Assembly (NCBI GenBank): GCA_002245135.1
Contig: NGBS01000300.1
Coordinates: 124,001-188,000 of the forward strand
Source of the DNA: Proteromonas lacertae
Taxonomy: Eukaryota
DNA: 64,000 bases
Direction: 5' to 3'
The stretch's first letter is position 1, and each line of letters opens with the position of its first letter. Position numbers and translations under genes: made by a program. The notes beneath the pieces were generated by a model, which was not told where the DNA came from, searched no databases, and saw only the letters and a program-made list of their open reading frames with translations. Shown piece by piece: positions 1 to 12,666 of this stretch.

Positions 1-353
1 GTATTCTGGTAGTTTAACTCTGTAGTAATTGTTATATTCATAGATGAAGGTCCAATTATCTTCAATTGATACTTGCCTTTATTTTTTAAGTAGAATCTTG
101 TCAATTTCTGAGTGTTCTTTGAAGTCATTACGATAGTCTGGATTTCTTTAGCTGGAGAATTAAAAGTTGTCTTTATCTTTATCCCAGCACCACTACTTGG
201 AAGAACAGCTGTTTTTACTTGAACTATACTACCTTCACCAAAGTTTTTGTCAATATCATAACTTTGATTCACAATCTCACCATAAGGATCGTCAGGAATT
301 TCAGCACATGTGCATACAAGAAAACACATCAACATTGACAATATCACTCTCAT
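1..353 (-). CDS. Secreted protein of unknown function, 5' part (runs off the window edge)
   Basis: ATG at 353 opens MRVILSMLMCFLVCTCAEIPDDPYG..., a hydrophobic signal-peptide-like start, and the frame stays open to position 1. Possible 5'UTR GT-AG intron at 426-358. Confidence 0.6.
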   Translation of the reverse strand, partial: MRVILSMLMCFLVCTCAEIPDDPYGEIVNQSYDIDKNFGEGSIVQVKTAVLPSSGAGIKIKTTFNSPAKEIQTIVMTSKNTQKLTRFYLKNKGKYQLKIIGPSSMNITITTELNYQN

Positions 354-600
354 TTTGCTATAAAAAATAAATAATAATAAAAGCAAAATAAATTGATGGA
401 ATTATAAGAGATGAAATAATTTATACCTTCAGTAAATAGCAAAACAAATATCAGTGAAAATGGTCAACCAAAAGTAAATTATGTTGAGTTGTGGTGTATG
501 AAAATATAAATTGGGTTTTGATAATTTTGGATAACCACATATTTAAAAGTATTTTTATATCTCTTGTAGTGAGTTGGTAACAAAATTAATATTTCTGTAA

Positions 601-2621
601 ATGTCAGTAAGCAATTATACATCTGAAATTAACTTAAAACTCAATCTTCCTCCAGATTTTGGTCTTCACAGGTTTGAAGATAATAAGAAATATATGGATT
701 CTCTTATGAATAACGATGATCCTTATTTATATGTACAAATCAAATTAAATAAAGGAAAAGTGAAAGCTGAGTCAATTCGAAGTATTTATTGGATGGTTGC
801 TTTAGATTGTGTTGAAATAAAAGAAGAATATCCTGTTAAATCCTTTATACAATCACTTCGTTCAGCAAGGCAAAGATACGAAAATCTCAAGATTTCCTAT
901 GGTTTGAACTCAAAACTCACAAATACAACAGCAAATGTAGAATCAGACAATAATATAGAAGAATTACAAGAAGAAATAGTAAAGGATATAGATAGATTAT
1001 TTCCAACAGGATGTGAAGATTTTTTCGAGCAAAAGTCAGTTCGTCAAACCATCACTCAAATCTTAACTGTATGGTGTTTAGAACATCCAGTACTACGATA
1101 TAGACAAGGAATGCACGAAATATTAGCTCCAATTTATTACATTGTAGAAAGAGACAAACTATTCAATTACAAAACAAATAACAATGAAAATGATGAAATA
1201 TATGAAATATTCAATCCAAACTATGTAGAACATGATAGTTTTATAATATTTGACAGTTTAATGAAACATTTAAGCGTATTATATGATAATAATGAAATGT
1301 TTGATCATGAAATAAGTGATGATAATTTGCCTTTGATATTAAGAATGTGTAATAAAATAAGTGAATCAATAGAATATTACTCACCTGATTTAATGATACG
1401 ATTTAAAAAAGAGAATTTTGATTTAAGAATGTTTATATTAAGATGGGCAAGGTTGATGTTTGCTAGAGAGTTTAATATCGATGTTGTGTTGAGATTATGG
1501 GATTATACATTTGGTGATATTGCAAAGAAGAAATATTTATTGAGTGAATTAATAGAAGCAGAATGTACTGCATTTGTATAATTATATATTATATATTATT
1601 GTTTTATTATCTTTGTAGATATTAATACAACAACCAAATCTGTTGATGAGTAATTTATGTCATATTATTCAAACATTGAATGAATATCAATTAGATATTC
1701 CAATAGATTTTATCTATCAGCAATCTAAATTAGTATTGAAGAAGAAACCATTGGAGTTTTTAGCTAAAGTAATTATACCTAAATCAATTGCTGAGGAACA
1801 ACAACAAAATAATAATAAACCAAAAATCAATACTGAACAATCATCAATTCAACCACAATCTATTCAATCACAGCAACAGAATTCTCCAAGAGAGAGTAGT
1901 TTTTCCTTTTTCTCATTTTTTTCTACCTTAACAGGTTCAAATGTAAATACTCCAAAATCAGTTGAAAATACTCCAAAGAAAGTGAATAATTCAAAACCAC
2001 CACTTTATAAACAATCGCCACTACTACTACAACAGAAGAAAACATTAACAACAACATTCTCAACTTCACAACAACAGATACAATCAGCAAATGTAATTAG
2101 GAAAATACCATCATTACCAAAACTCAGTCATAGAGATTATACATATAATAAAAGAGTATAAATTTATTTTTATTATTATATAGATGGCAATTCGATTAGA
2201 TTTTGTTTGTAACTTGATTACTGATGAATGGGCTAAGATATTGGAGTATATTCCTGAAAATACAAATATTGATGCTGTTCCAATGTCCAAAGCAATTAAA
2301 ACATTAACAAAAGTGCAATATGTAATGAATAATAGAATAAGTGAAGAAGATGCATTTGAAGAAGAAGAAGAAATAAAAGATGATAAACAAATACCACCAA
2401 CTGCTGATGTAATTGTTAAAGAAGAAAAGGATAATTCTAATATAAAAGATTTATCATTTCAATCATCTTCAAGTGATAATAGTGAAAAAGGTGAAAAAGA
2501 AGAAGAGAATAAACCATGCAATGAAAAGAGAAGTAGATTTATAAGTGAAGAGTTGAGAGAAGCTTTGTTTGATACTCCATCAAGTGGTTTATTTGATGAT
2601 AGTGTTGATAGTAATGAATAA
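601..2621 (+). CDS. TBC-domain Rab GTPase-activating protein (TBC1D5-like)
   Basis: IVKDIDRLFP (Arg finger) and YRQGMHEILAP (Gln finger) motifs. Three ORFs join in frame via GT-AG introns 1576-1618 and 2156-2183. Confidence 0.9.
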
Positions 2622-2684
2622 TTAAAATATAGGTTTTTTTCTCTTTTCTTATTGAAGATTAAAAAAACATACACAACACTTTTA

Positions 2685-3942
2685 CTAATTATTTACAGTA
2701 AAATCTAAATTTCTCATCATCACAACAGGAAAACGATATATTATTCGATTGCTTTTCTTATGCTATTAATAATTATGAATATTTATTATATAAAATACAT
2801 TCTTTAAACTATCTTTTATTCTTCTTATATCTACATTCATCTCACTTGGCATTTCTAATACTATCTCACTTATTATTGTATTCTTTATCTTCTTTCCGAT
2901 ATTTGATAATTCGAAATTATCAGTTTCTCCTATTGTGTTGTTTTCTTTCATAAATTTTTCATAACTATTCATTATTTTGTTTATTACTTCAAATCTATAA
3001 ATACAAATATAAATTAGAAATAATACATTTCTGTTCTTATTGATTTGACTATCTTAAATGTCATTGGAATCTCAGATGAAGCAACCATTTCTATTATTTT
3101 TTATTTCAATACAATCAAATATTATACTTTGATTTTCATATTCTTTTTTCATCTTTTGTATTAATTCTTTTATCTCATTCTCTTTCATCATATCTATCTC
3201 TTTCATTTTATTCTTTGTTCCAATTTCTTTCAATTTGTTATTTATTTCTTTCTTATTCACTTTAAATATTGAACATAATCTGTCAATGTAGATTTTTGGT
3301 CTTTTTTCATTATAATTCTTTAATACTAATATATCTATTGTATTTATTCTTTCATCTATTATTTCATTCTTTAAATCAATGTGAAAATAATTGATATATT
3401 GCTCTAAACTATTTAATTCATTTTCTATTTCTGATTTTAATATATTTATTGAATTTCTTTCATCATTTTCATTTTCATTTTCATCATCAGATTTTTCTTC
3501 TTCTTCTTTTCTTTTATCTTCTTCTGATTTCTTTGATAGTTCTCTAGATTTTGAATCATTGGTATTTGTTTTATTCACTCTATCAACATAGAATATATCT
3601 CCAAGATTCTCTAATTCTTTTTCATGATTCAGGTTCTCTTGTAACTCACTATCATCTAAAAATGGATCGTTCATGTTATAACCATTACCATTACTTGCAT
3701 TTTCATTTTTATGATTCTTTATAATTCTTTCGATAAAACTACTTATGTTGAAATGAGCATCCTATCATTGAAATTATATAATTAAAATATTATACAGAAT
3801 CATTATCTTCATTTTCTTCTTTCTTTTCCTCTTCTACTGTTTTTACCTCATTTGAGTTTTTTAAACGCTTATAGTCAAATATATATTCATTTTCACTTAT
3901 TTCGATATATGTTCGTTTATTTGGTTCAATTATTTCTTCCAT
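2685..3942 (-). CDS. HUN-domain (HPC2/ubinuclein-like) protein
   Basis: SFIERII...GNGYNMNDPFLDDSE...IFYVD resembles the HUN histone-binding motif. Several GT-AG introns and one apparent frameshift near 3100. 3' end approximate. Confidence 0.55.
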
Positions 3943-4071
3943 TATTATTCTCTATCAATCAAAAATTCAAAAAGAAAAATTAATCAAACTATTTTCAAGC
4001 CAAAATTAAAAAACGATTCAAAATGGGTTTGTGAAACACTTGGGGCGAAAATTTCATATCTTTTTTTAAAG

Positions 4072-7000
4072 ATGAAATTCGTTATTATTTTAGAATTGTT
4101 GCTAGTGGTAGTATATTCAGTATGTCCCAACAATTGCAGTGGTCATGGAACATGCGGTAGTAATGGTGTTTGTAGTTGTTTTAGAAAATCTGATGGTTTT
4201 GACAATGACTACGTAGGTGCTGACTGTTCGAAACGTATGAATATTTTATATTTAAAATAACTAGGTGGTTGTGGAAGTGGTAAGAGTTTCAGTGCTTTAA
4301 ATACCAACAACAAGTATGTTACTCGAAATGTGGATGATGGTAACTTCATTTATTACCGAGAATTAGGTGAAAATCGAGAATTGGAAGTTACTGAAGTGAA
4401 TTTAGCTGAAATTGTTACAAGGGAAGATACAAAAGCCAAAGATGTGTATTTGGTAAGTACTGACAGTGCAATATTATATTATGATAAAAGTGAAGGTGCT
4501 GGTAAAATTAACTGTTATAATTCAGAGAATGTGTTTGTAGGTGCTGGTGAGATTATAAAGGTAAAAGAATCTTTAAAGTATTACATCAAAGGTGAAAGTA
4601 AAGTAATAGAGAAAGGTAACAAATGCTTATTAGTAATGAAATATAATGATTTATCATTAATCAATCCAACAGAAGTTCAAGAAAATATAGTTACTTGGTC
4701 TAGTATGGCTAGTATATTCCCTGAAATAAAAACTACTACAAAAACACCAACTGATCTAAGTATGGGTTGTGTAGATAAACTTGGTGGAAAAATAACTGCT
4801 GATAATACCTATAGTGTTTCTAGTATAGCTAATACTGATGGTAATATCGTATTTACACTAACTGCAAATGCTCGTAGCTCACCTACTGGCACATGTGTTT
4901 TATTAGCTAAATCTGATGGCAATTCTATTACTGTAGATGAAAGTGATTATTCTAAATATTATACAACTGTTACTGAACCTGTCAAATCAAATATGTATGG
5001 TGTTAAAAATAATAATATTTATACAATTCCTGTTAAAAGTGTAGAAAAAGAATACACTGGTTCATTTGGTGTATTAAACTGTCAAATACCTGGAAATAGA
5101 ACAATCCAAACTGCATATTTATTTGCTGCAAAGACTGATTCAGCTACTCCAGCTGTTGATAATTATTATATTTTATATGATTTTAAATTAGTTGATGTTG
5201 ATGGTAAAGATAGTGTAAAACCAATTCCAATGTTATATTATTGTGAATTAAGTCAATATGATGATTTCTCATTATATTTTCCTGTTAAATTACCAACAAA
5301 AGATGATTGTTCTACTGCTGATAAATGTTCAATAACTTGGAATGGAATGTGTGATGCTTTTAGTACCTATTTAGCTGGTAGTGGTGATAAAATGCCAATT
5401 CAATTTGCATGTAGAAATGATAAAAATGAAGTTGAATTATATGAATATCAAATACCATTAGCTTCTGATTGTACAAATAAAGACATTGTATTTCCTGTTA
5501 ATGATGATGCAAAGAAGTTACCTAAAGATAGAATATGTAATTTAATAGCTGGTAAAGATTCTACTACTAATAAAGCAAAATCAATAGATATAAGTGATAG
5601 TGCTTATTATAAGAATCATTTGACAGTTAAAAGTTCAAGAAAGGAAGATAAGTATTATACATCATTACCAACAACAAAGAAAACACCAAATGATCAATCA
5701 AAAATATACAAAGTGAATGGATTAAATGTAATGTCATTACCAACAGGTGGAATAATGAGATGTTATAATAATGGAGATGGTAGAATTGTCCCAATTGATG
5801 ATGTGAATATATTGTATAAGAATGGAATGGATTATTATGTTCATTCAACTGAAGCTGATATCAAATTTAATGATTGTGAATTATTATATTCACATAAAGA
5901 CATGACATTATATCCAAACACGATTGATAATACTAATAAGATAATTACATTTGAGAAAATGAGTTATTATTTCCAATTATTAGGATTTTATGAATCTTAT
6001 AAAGTTGATAAAAAATATACTATGTTATGTGGTACCAGTCCAACAGATGAAAATCCAGTTCCTCAATCATTTAAAGAACATGAGTTTACATTAACTAAAC
6101 CAACTCTTCCATATTATGAATCTACCAGTGATAAAGTTGAATTTACCTTAGAATCAACATCTTCAACTATTGATTCAGGTAGTAAAGATTGTTATTTATT
6201 ATCATCATTTGATGGAAGTAAAATAGAAGCTGATAAAAGTGATTTAACTAATAAATATGATGTGAAGAAAGTAGTAGATGGATGGACATTATCATTGAAA
6301 AAACCAACACCTTCATCAGAACCAACACCAAAAATTGGAGCTGAAATACCTACTAGTAGTGGTATTTATAAAGTAACAGGTGTTACATATACAGGAATAG
6401 GTAAAGCTGGTGGATTATTAGAATGTAGAAATAAAAAGAATAATAAACCATTAGGTTTAGCAAAGATTTATTCATTTTTTAAAGATAATGATGTTAATAC
6501 TTATGCCATTAAATATTACTTTGTAACAGGTGTTCCAACTCCTGAATATTATAGTTGTGATGTATTAGAAAGTTATAATGATTTAACACTATATTATGAT
6601 AAACAAACATATGTTGCTGGTACTGGAATGACATGGAGTAATATGAAAGATATATTCCCACATATTTGTGATGGTTATACTAGTGGGAAAGCTGTTCAAA
6701 TGTTATGTGAAGATACAGGAGATGTATATAAATTATATGATGCAACTGCTAAAGATGCAACTGACACTAATAGTATTATATTTACATTAGATCCTGCTCC
6801 TGCTGATTCATCTACTCCACCAAATGGTAAGAAGTGTATCTTAATGGCCAATACTGATGGTACTTCTATTACTTCACTCGATGCTATTAAGAATAGTGAT
6901 TTAGGTAAGAAATATGATATATCAGGAAATAGTAATGATGGATTTACATTGAAATTAAAATCAACAATTCCGACAGCAATAGAACAAGAGGTATCTTCAG

Positions 7001-9042
7001 TTAAGACAGGAATATATGAAGTATCAAATGCAAAATATGATATTGGTAGTGAATTATCATGTTTAACATATGATGATAATGAAATATCAACTGGTTTAGT
7101 ATTAAAGAGTGAAGGTAGTAAATTATTAATGTCATTTGAAAAAGATAAAGATTTGAGTTTATTAAAATGTATGATGATTAATAAATATAATGATTTATCA
7201 AATTATGTGAAATGCGAAGTTAAAAAAGATGGTTCTTCTAATAGTTGTGCAACTAAAATAACTAATAATGCATTATATAATTTAGGATTTACTAATACTG
7301 GTTATTCATTCCAATGTGGTGAAAATGATAAAGTTAGTCAATCTTATACATTTACATTAAGTGGTATAGGAACTGATCCTACAACACCAACAGCAGTTAC
7401 AATTACACTCTCATCATCACCTCCAGATGCTGGTTCTGTTTGTCACTTACTTTATTCATTTACAGCTAAACCTATTCAGTTAGATACAAGTGATGTAAAA
7501 TCAACAAATTTCCTTTCTTTTTCAACAGGTGGGGTTTATACTTATTATGAAACAAAACCAAATACAAAACCACAACCAGTAGAAGATGATAAAATTGATA
7601 TAATAGGAGATGTTGGAGAAATTGGTGCAAATTTACAATGTAGAGATAAAGTGAGTAGTAAATTCTTAGGATTAGCCAATTTATTAGGAAAAGATGAAGA
7701 TGGCAAATATATAATGAAATATCTATTTGATATTCCTAAAGATGTTGATTCATTTGTCTGTGAAGTAAATGAAGTGATTAATGATTTATCATTAATAAAA
7801 AGTGAAATAATTACTACTGATGATTGTTCAGACAAATTATCATGTATGATAATAATAAGTGGAATATTGAATATATTAAAATCAAGTATATTTAAAAATA
7901 ATGAAGGAGTTAGAATGTTATTAGAAGATAATGAATATGAAGCAAGTTGTGTTGATCCTAAGAATAATAAAGTAACAGTGTATATAGTAAAGCCTGAAGT
8001 ATATATGAGTATAGAAGATGCAGTATTTTCATTATCTGAAAGTGATGAGAATGAAAAATCTCCAGTTGGAATGGAATGTCGATTATTAATATCTGCTGAT
8101 GGTAATAAACTTCCCTTAGAAGAAAGTCAATTTGGTAAAACATTATATTATGATGAAAAAGAAGGTGGTTTTTCAACCACACCATGTAATCCTAAAGATG
8201 GTAGTGAATTGTGTAATAACGAGGATGATGAAAGTACAGTAGTGATAACTGGTAATTTAATTGATGAAATTCTAGGTGAACAAAAGAAAACAGGAAGATT
8301 CTTTATTCCAATCAATACAGAAAATCGAACAATAATTGAAAATTATTTACAACCAGGAAAATGGATAAAAGTAGCCGAAACTTTAGCACAAATAATTAGT
8401 ATTGATTATAATTTAGTAGATGCACCAACACCATCAACTGATCCAAGAAGGCAATTGAGACAATTATCTGGTGATGTTAAAGGTTATTATGCTATACTAG
8501 ATAAAACAATTCAACTAAGTGGTAGTACTATTACAATTCAACTTAATGCAGCTGGTAGTAATAATTATGATCCTCATATTGCATTAGAATGTAGTGGACA
8601 AGGTGTATGTAATAGAGAAAGTGGATTATGTGAATGTTATGATGGTTATAGTGGAGATTCTTGTCAAAGATTAGATTGTCCAAATAACTGTAATGGAAAT
8701 GGTAGATGTGTTTCATTGAGTGAATTATTATCAAATGGTGATATAATAGGATATGGAGGATTTGGAAATAAACATGAAATAAAAGTTGGTAGTAGTACAA
8801 TAGTATCAGATGATGAAGTCTATGGTTGTTTATGTGATAAAAGACATCGTGGATATGATTGTAGTTTAATTGAATGTCCATCTGGTGAAGATCCAGAAGA
8901 AGCAACAAATAATAAGAATGATGATAAAAGTGAGTATAGAGATTGTAGTGGAAGAGGTATTTGTAATTACAATACAGGTGTTTGTGAATGTTTTGATGGA
9001 TTTAGTGGAGAAGGATGTCAAACTCAAGTTGCAATGATGTAA
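4072..9042 (+). CDS. Large secreted EGF-repeat protein, Sig1/Ocm1 mastigoneme- or tenascin-like, with a ~1400 aa repeat insert
   Basis: Signal peptide, then CPNNCSGHGTC..GADCSKR. GT-AG intron 4235-4264 joins in frame to the 1570 aa ORF. C-terminal ECSGQGVCNRESGLCEC, CPNNCNGNGRC, CPSGEDP and DCSGRGICNYNTGVCEC modules. Confidence 0.85.
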
Positions 9043-9217
9043 TATTCTATTATTACACACATTTCAATCTCTTTATTATTGAAATTATCATAATTGATTA
9101 ACTTTTATACCATGTTAATCAATATAAAAGTTGTGTGTTTATATGAAATAAAAATCATAATCAATACCATAAAATATAAATAAACTTTTTAAAACTGAAA
9201 ATTTAATCATTTACTAA

Positions 9218-10537
9218 TTAATGGTGAGAATGGTGGTGATGGTGTGAGTGATGATGATGATTACTTCTTTTGCTACTTCTACTTCTACTCCTGCTATTAC
9301 TTCTATTCGAATTATTATTTACCCTTTCTTTTATTGGATAATTATTCTTAAATTCTAAGATATATTTAGGATTATGTAACAATTGTAATTCATTTTTATT
9401 ATAAACCTCTCTAACATCAAAATCTTCTAATTCTACTTCATATTTACATTCATTATTTAATCCATAATCAGAATTTTTCATTTTTATTACTTTTGTTATT
9501 TTACCACAATATCCTTTATATTTACCAACTTTTATTCCTACCAATGAGTCTTGTTCATATTTCAACAATAATCTCTTATCTATTTCTTCACCCATTTTAT
9601 AAGTCATTTTACCTAATCGTAAATCAGGAGCTGGTTTTGCACCTAATCCTAAACCTTGAACTCTTACTTTTGTCTATTATAAATAAATAAATAATAAAAA
9701 TAATATATATATATTAATACTTCTTGTATTTTGGCTGGTTCTTTACAGTTCAATCCAACTGCCATTCCTTCTTTCCAACCCATTCCACGAAGTAAAGCAG
9801 CACCTATTAAATCAATTGGAACATTATTATAAGCTTCACTCTATATTATATAAATAAATATATTTAATATATTAGCATACTTGTGGATCAAGTTCATCAG
9901 GTAATAATTCGATATGTTTCTTATATTTCTCATCTTCATCAGCTGTATTCGACAATCCAGGTATTCGATTACGTTGTAATAATGGAACATTCGATTTATC
10001 TTTTATTTCGGTTAGTGGAATTGCAGAGATTTTTTCTATTTTATTATTATTATTATTATATTTCATTATATTTATACGTTTTCTTGTTTCATCTATTCCA
10101 TGCTCTAATTCATATCTAGCTCGTTCTTCGATTGTCTATCAAATATTATATTATTTTTATAATTCATACCATAGGTTTTGATTCATCTATTTTTGTTACA
10201 TTTAAATCTGTTGTATTGTTTTGATTGTTGTTATCAAATACTAATTCTGGGTGTAAGTAATGATAATTCACTTCAAGAGTATTATCAACTAAAGGAATAA
10301 CCAGTTCCTCTTTTGGCTTTTCATGTAACTATAATAAATTTAAATAGATATAATTAATACATCATCTATTGATTTAATGAGTTCCTTCACTGGTTTTTTG
10401 GAATCATCTTCAAACAACTTTGATTTATCTTCCAATATCTATACATGAGACTATATAATTCATACCACCTTCTTTTTTGGCTTAACTTTGGGCATAGAAA
10501 AACAGAGTGAAGAACCACTGGATGAAGAAGTATTCAT
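9218..10537 (-). CDS. G-patch and KOW domain splicing factor (GPKOW/Spp2/MOS2-like)
   Basis: VPIDLIGAALLRGMGWKEG G-patch, GLGAKP, KOW-like GKYKGYCGKI and an RS/His tail. Multiple short GT-AG introns. Confidence 0.8.
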
Positions 10538-10758
10538 TTGGTATATATTGTATAAAGGATGTAAAATATATTATAAAGAAAATAGAAAATTAAATATGTG
10601 ATGAGAAATTCCTTTCAAAAAATTGAAAAAAAAGTATGCTTGAGTGAAACTTGAAGAAATTTTGTGGTTTGATAGTAGTTTATGATAAAGTGATAAAAAA
10701 GCAATAGGAGATAATACTTACAACAATTAAATGATTTTATTTACATAATTCGCATTAT

Positions 10759-11241
10759 TTAGGTTTGAGAACTCTTCTTTCTTAATTCTTCTCTTTTCTT
10801 TTCAGCTATTTCAGCAGCTGTTTGAACTACACTACTTAAAACCTCATTCTACAAGTAATTAAATCATGTTTATACTGTCTTTTCTGGTAATAATGGAATT
10901 TCTGTTTCATCTTCTGTCAGAGTTGGTGCAGGCGGAGGATGTTGTGGTTGAATTACTGCAGTACTACAAAAAAATATAAATCTACAATGAAATACTAAGA
11001 TGATTGGGGTGTATTTGCTAAATATTGTTGTTGATATGTATTCTATTCAAAAGAATATTATATTTAATAATTATACATAGTAATTAGAGTAATATGAATA
11101 ATAAATTTGTTGGAATTCTTCAGCCCACTTACTTTGGTTTAATTTCATATTATAATAATAAATTTTACCTTCTGGAGTATAATGTGCTGTCCATAAACCA
11201 TTTCCTGGAGTAGGATCAGGATAGAACATCTGCATCTGCAT
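10759..11241 (-). CDS. Small WW-domain protein
   Basis: Manual translation gives GLWTAHYTPEGKIYYYNMKLNQSKW (WW consensus) and a Pro-rich segment. Three short introns. Not in the ORF track. Confidence 0.7.
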
Positions 11242-11303
11242 TTCAAGAGAATCAAACCTTCAAGCTTTCAATCTCTTCTTTTTTTGTTTTTTCTTCGAAA
11301 ATC

Positions 11304-12067
11304 ATGACTTCTAGAATTGTATTCGGTTTGAGATTAAATGGAACAATTATAAATCAGTTTGCAAGTATTAAATCTATTGCCAACACTTTACCACGTCAGC
11401 TCTGTACATTTCAAACAATTAGAAGTTTTTCTGGTATAGAAATTAACACATTATATACTTATTAGAACATCCTAAAATCACTAATATGAAAAATAAAGCA
11501 AAGAAACACAAAGAACATTTAAAGTCAATGAAAAATTCAGGCAAAGCAAAATATGAAAATTTCAAAGAAAAACAATACGAAAAATATGAAGAAATAAAAG
11601 AGGAAAGTGTAGAATTTATAAAAGAACACAAACCAGGATTTAAAGCCTTTTGTAGGAAATATGGAGTAACAGCAATAGGAGTCTATGGTTCACTATTCAT
11701 TGTAACATTTTCATCAATTTATTTACTATTTCATACAGGCATAGTGAATATACACACAGTTGTATCATATTTATCACAAATCGAATTTTTGAAAGAAACA
11801 AAATTATTGGAAACTATTATAGCTAATCCAACTGCATCACAATTAACTTTATCTTATTTATTATGTAAAATGACTGAGCCAGTGAGATTGGGTTTATTGT
11901 TTGTTATTACACCTCCATTAGCAAAACATATTGAAAAACTGAGAAATATGAAAATTAATAATAATAATATTAAGAATAAAGATGGAGATATAGATAATAA
12001 GTATGAAGTTAAGAATGATAATAAATGTGTAAAGAAAGAAGAAAAAAGTGATGAAAAGAAAAAATGA
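11304..12067 (+). CDS. DUF1279/FAM210-like mitochondrial membrane protein
   Basis: Presequence-like N-terminus ending IRSFS, one GT-AG intron, then KYGVTAIGVY and SYLLCKMTEPVRLGLLFVITP motifs. Confidence 0.75.
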
Positions 12068-12176
12068 AGAATTAATGTTTTTTATTAGAGTCTTTACACA
12101 ACAAATGTAGAATTACATACATATATAAATATTGTAAATGAATTTATTAATTATTTTGTTATTCTATTCTTGATTT

Positions 12177-12514
12177 TTATTTGTATGATAGAATTATCTT
12201 TTTTGACAGTTTACACTCATATTTTGTCTTTTCATTTTCTGAATCAACTTCAAATAAAGCACAATCACCATCTAAACTCTTCATTTTACCTTCAAACAGA
12301 GAATTGTCTATTTGAACTTCAATACTGTTATTTTCAAATTTCTAACGAATAAATAGAATTAAATATACCTGAATATTCATCTTTTCAAACTTTTCTAAAA
12401 GATCACTATCACCAAATCCCTCTAAATCCATCAATATATATTTCTCTTCACTATTGTAATTTATTCATTAACAGAATATAAATACTATTCATCTTCATCA
12501 TCTTTCACTTCCAT
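12177..12514 (-). CDS. Putative TFIIIC subunit 6 (GTF3C6/Tfc7 N-domain-like)
   Basis: Spliced translation EEKYILMDLEG...IEVQIDNSLFEGKMKSLDGDCALFEVD...KKIIL resembles the TFIIIC_sub6 pattern. Two GT-AG introns. Confidence 0.45.
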
Positions 12515-12666
12515 TTTATTTTGAAATAATAAGTTTGGCTTGATTCTTTTCATTTTAATATAAAACACGATAGAATAATTATTTACTCAATTAAAACATC
12601 ATAAAATTAAGTATAATAAAAATGTAATAGTTAATTAGTAATAATTTTAATTGTATATAGAATTCA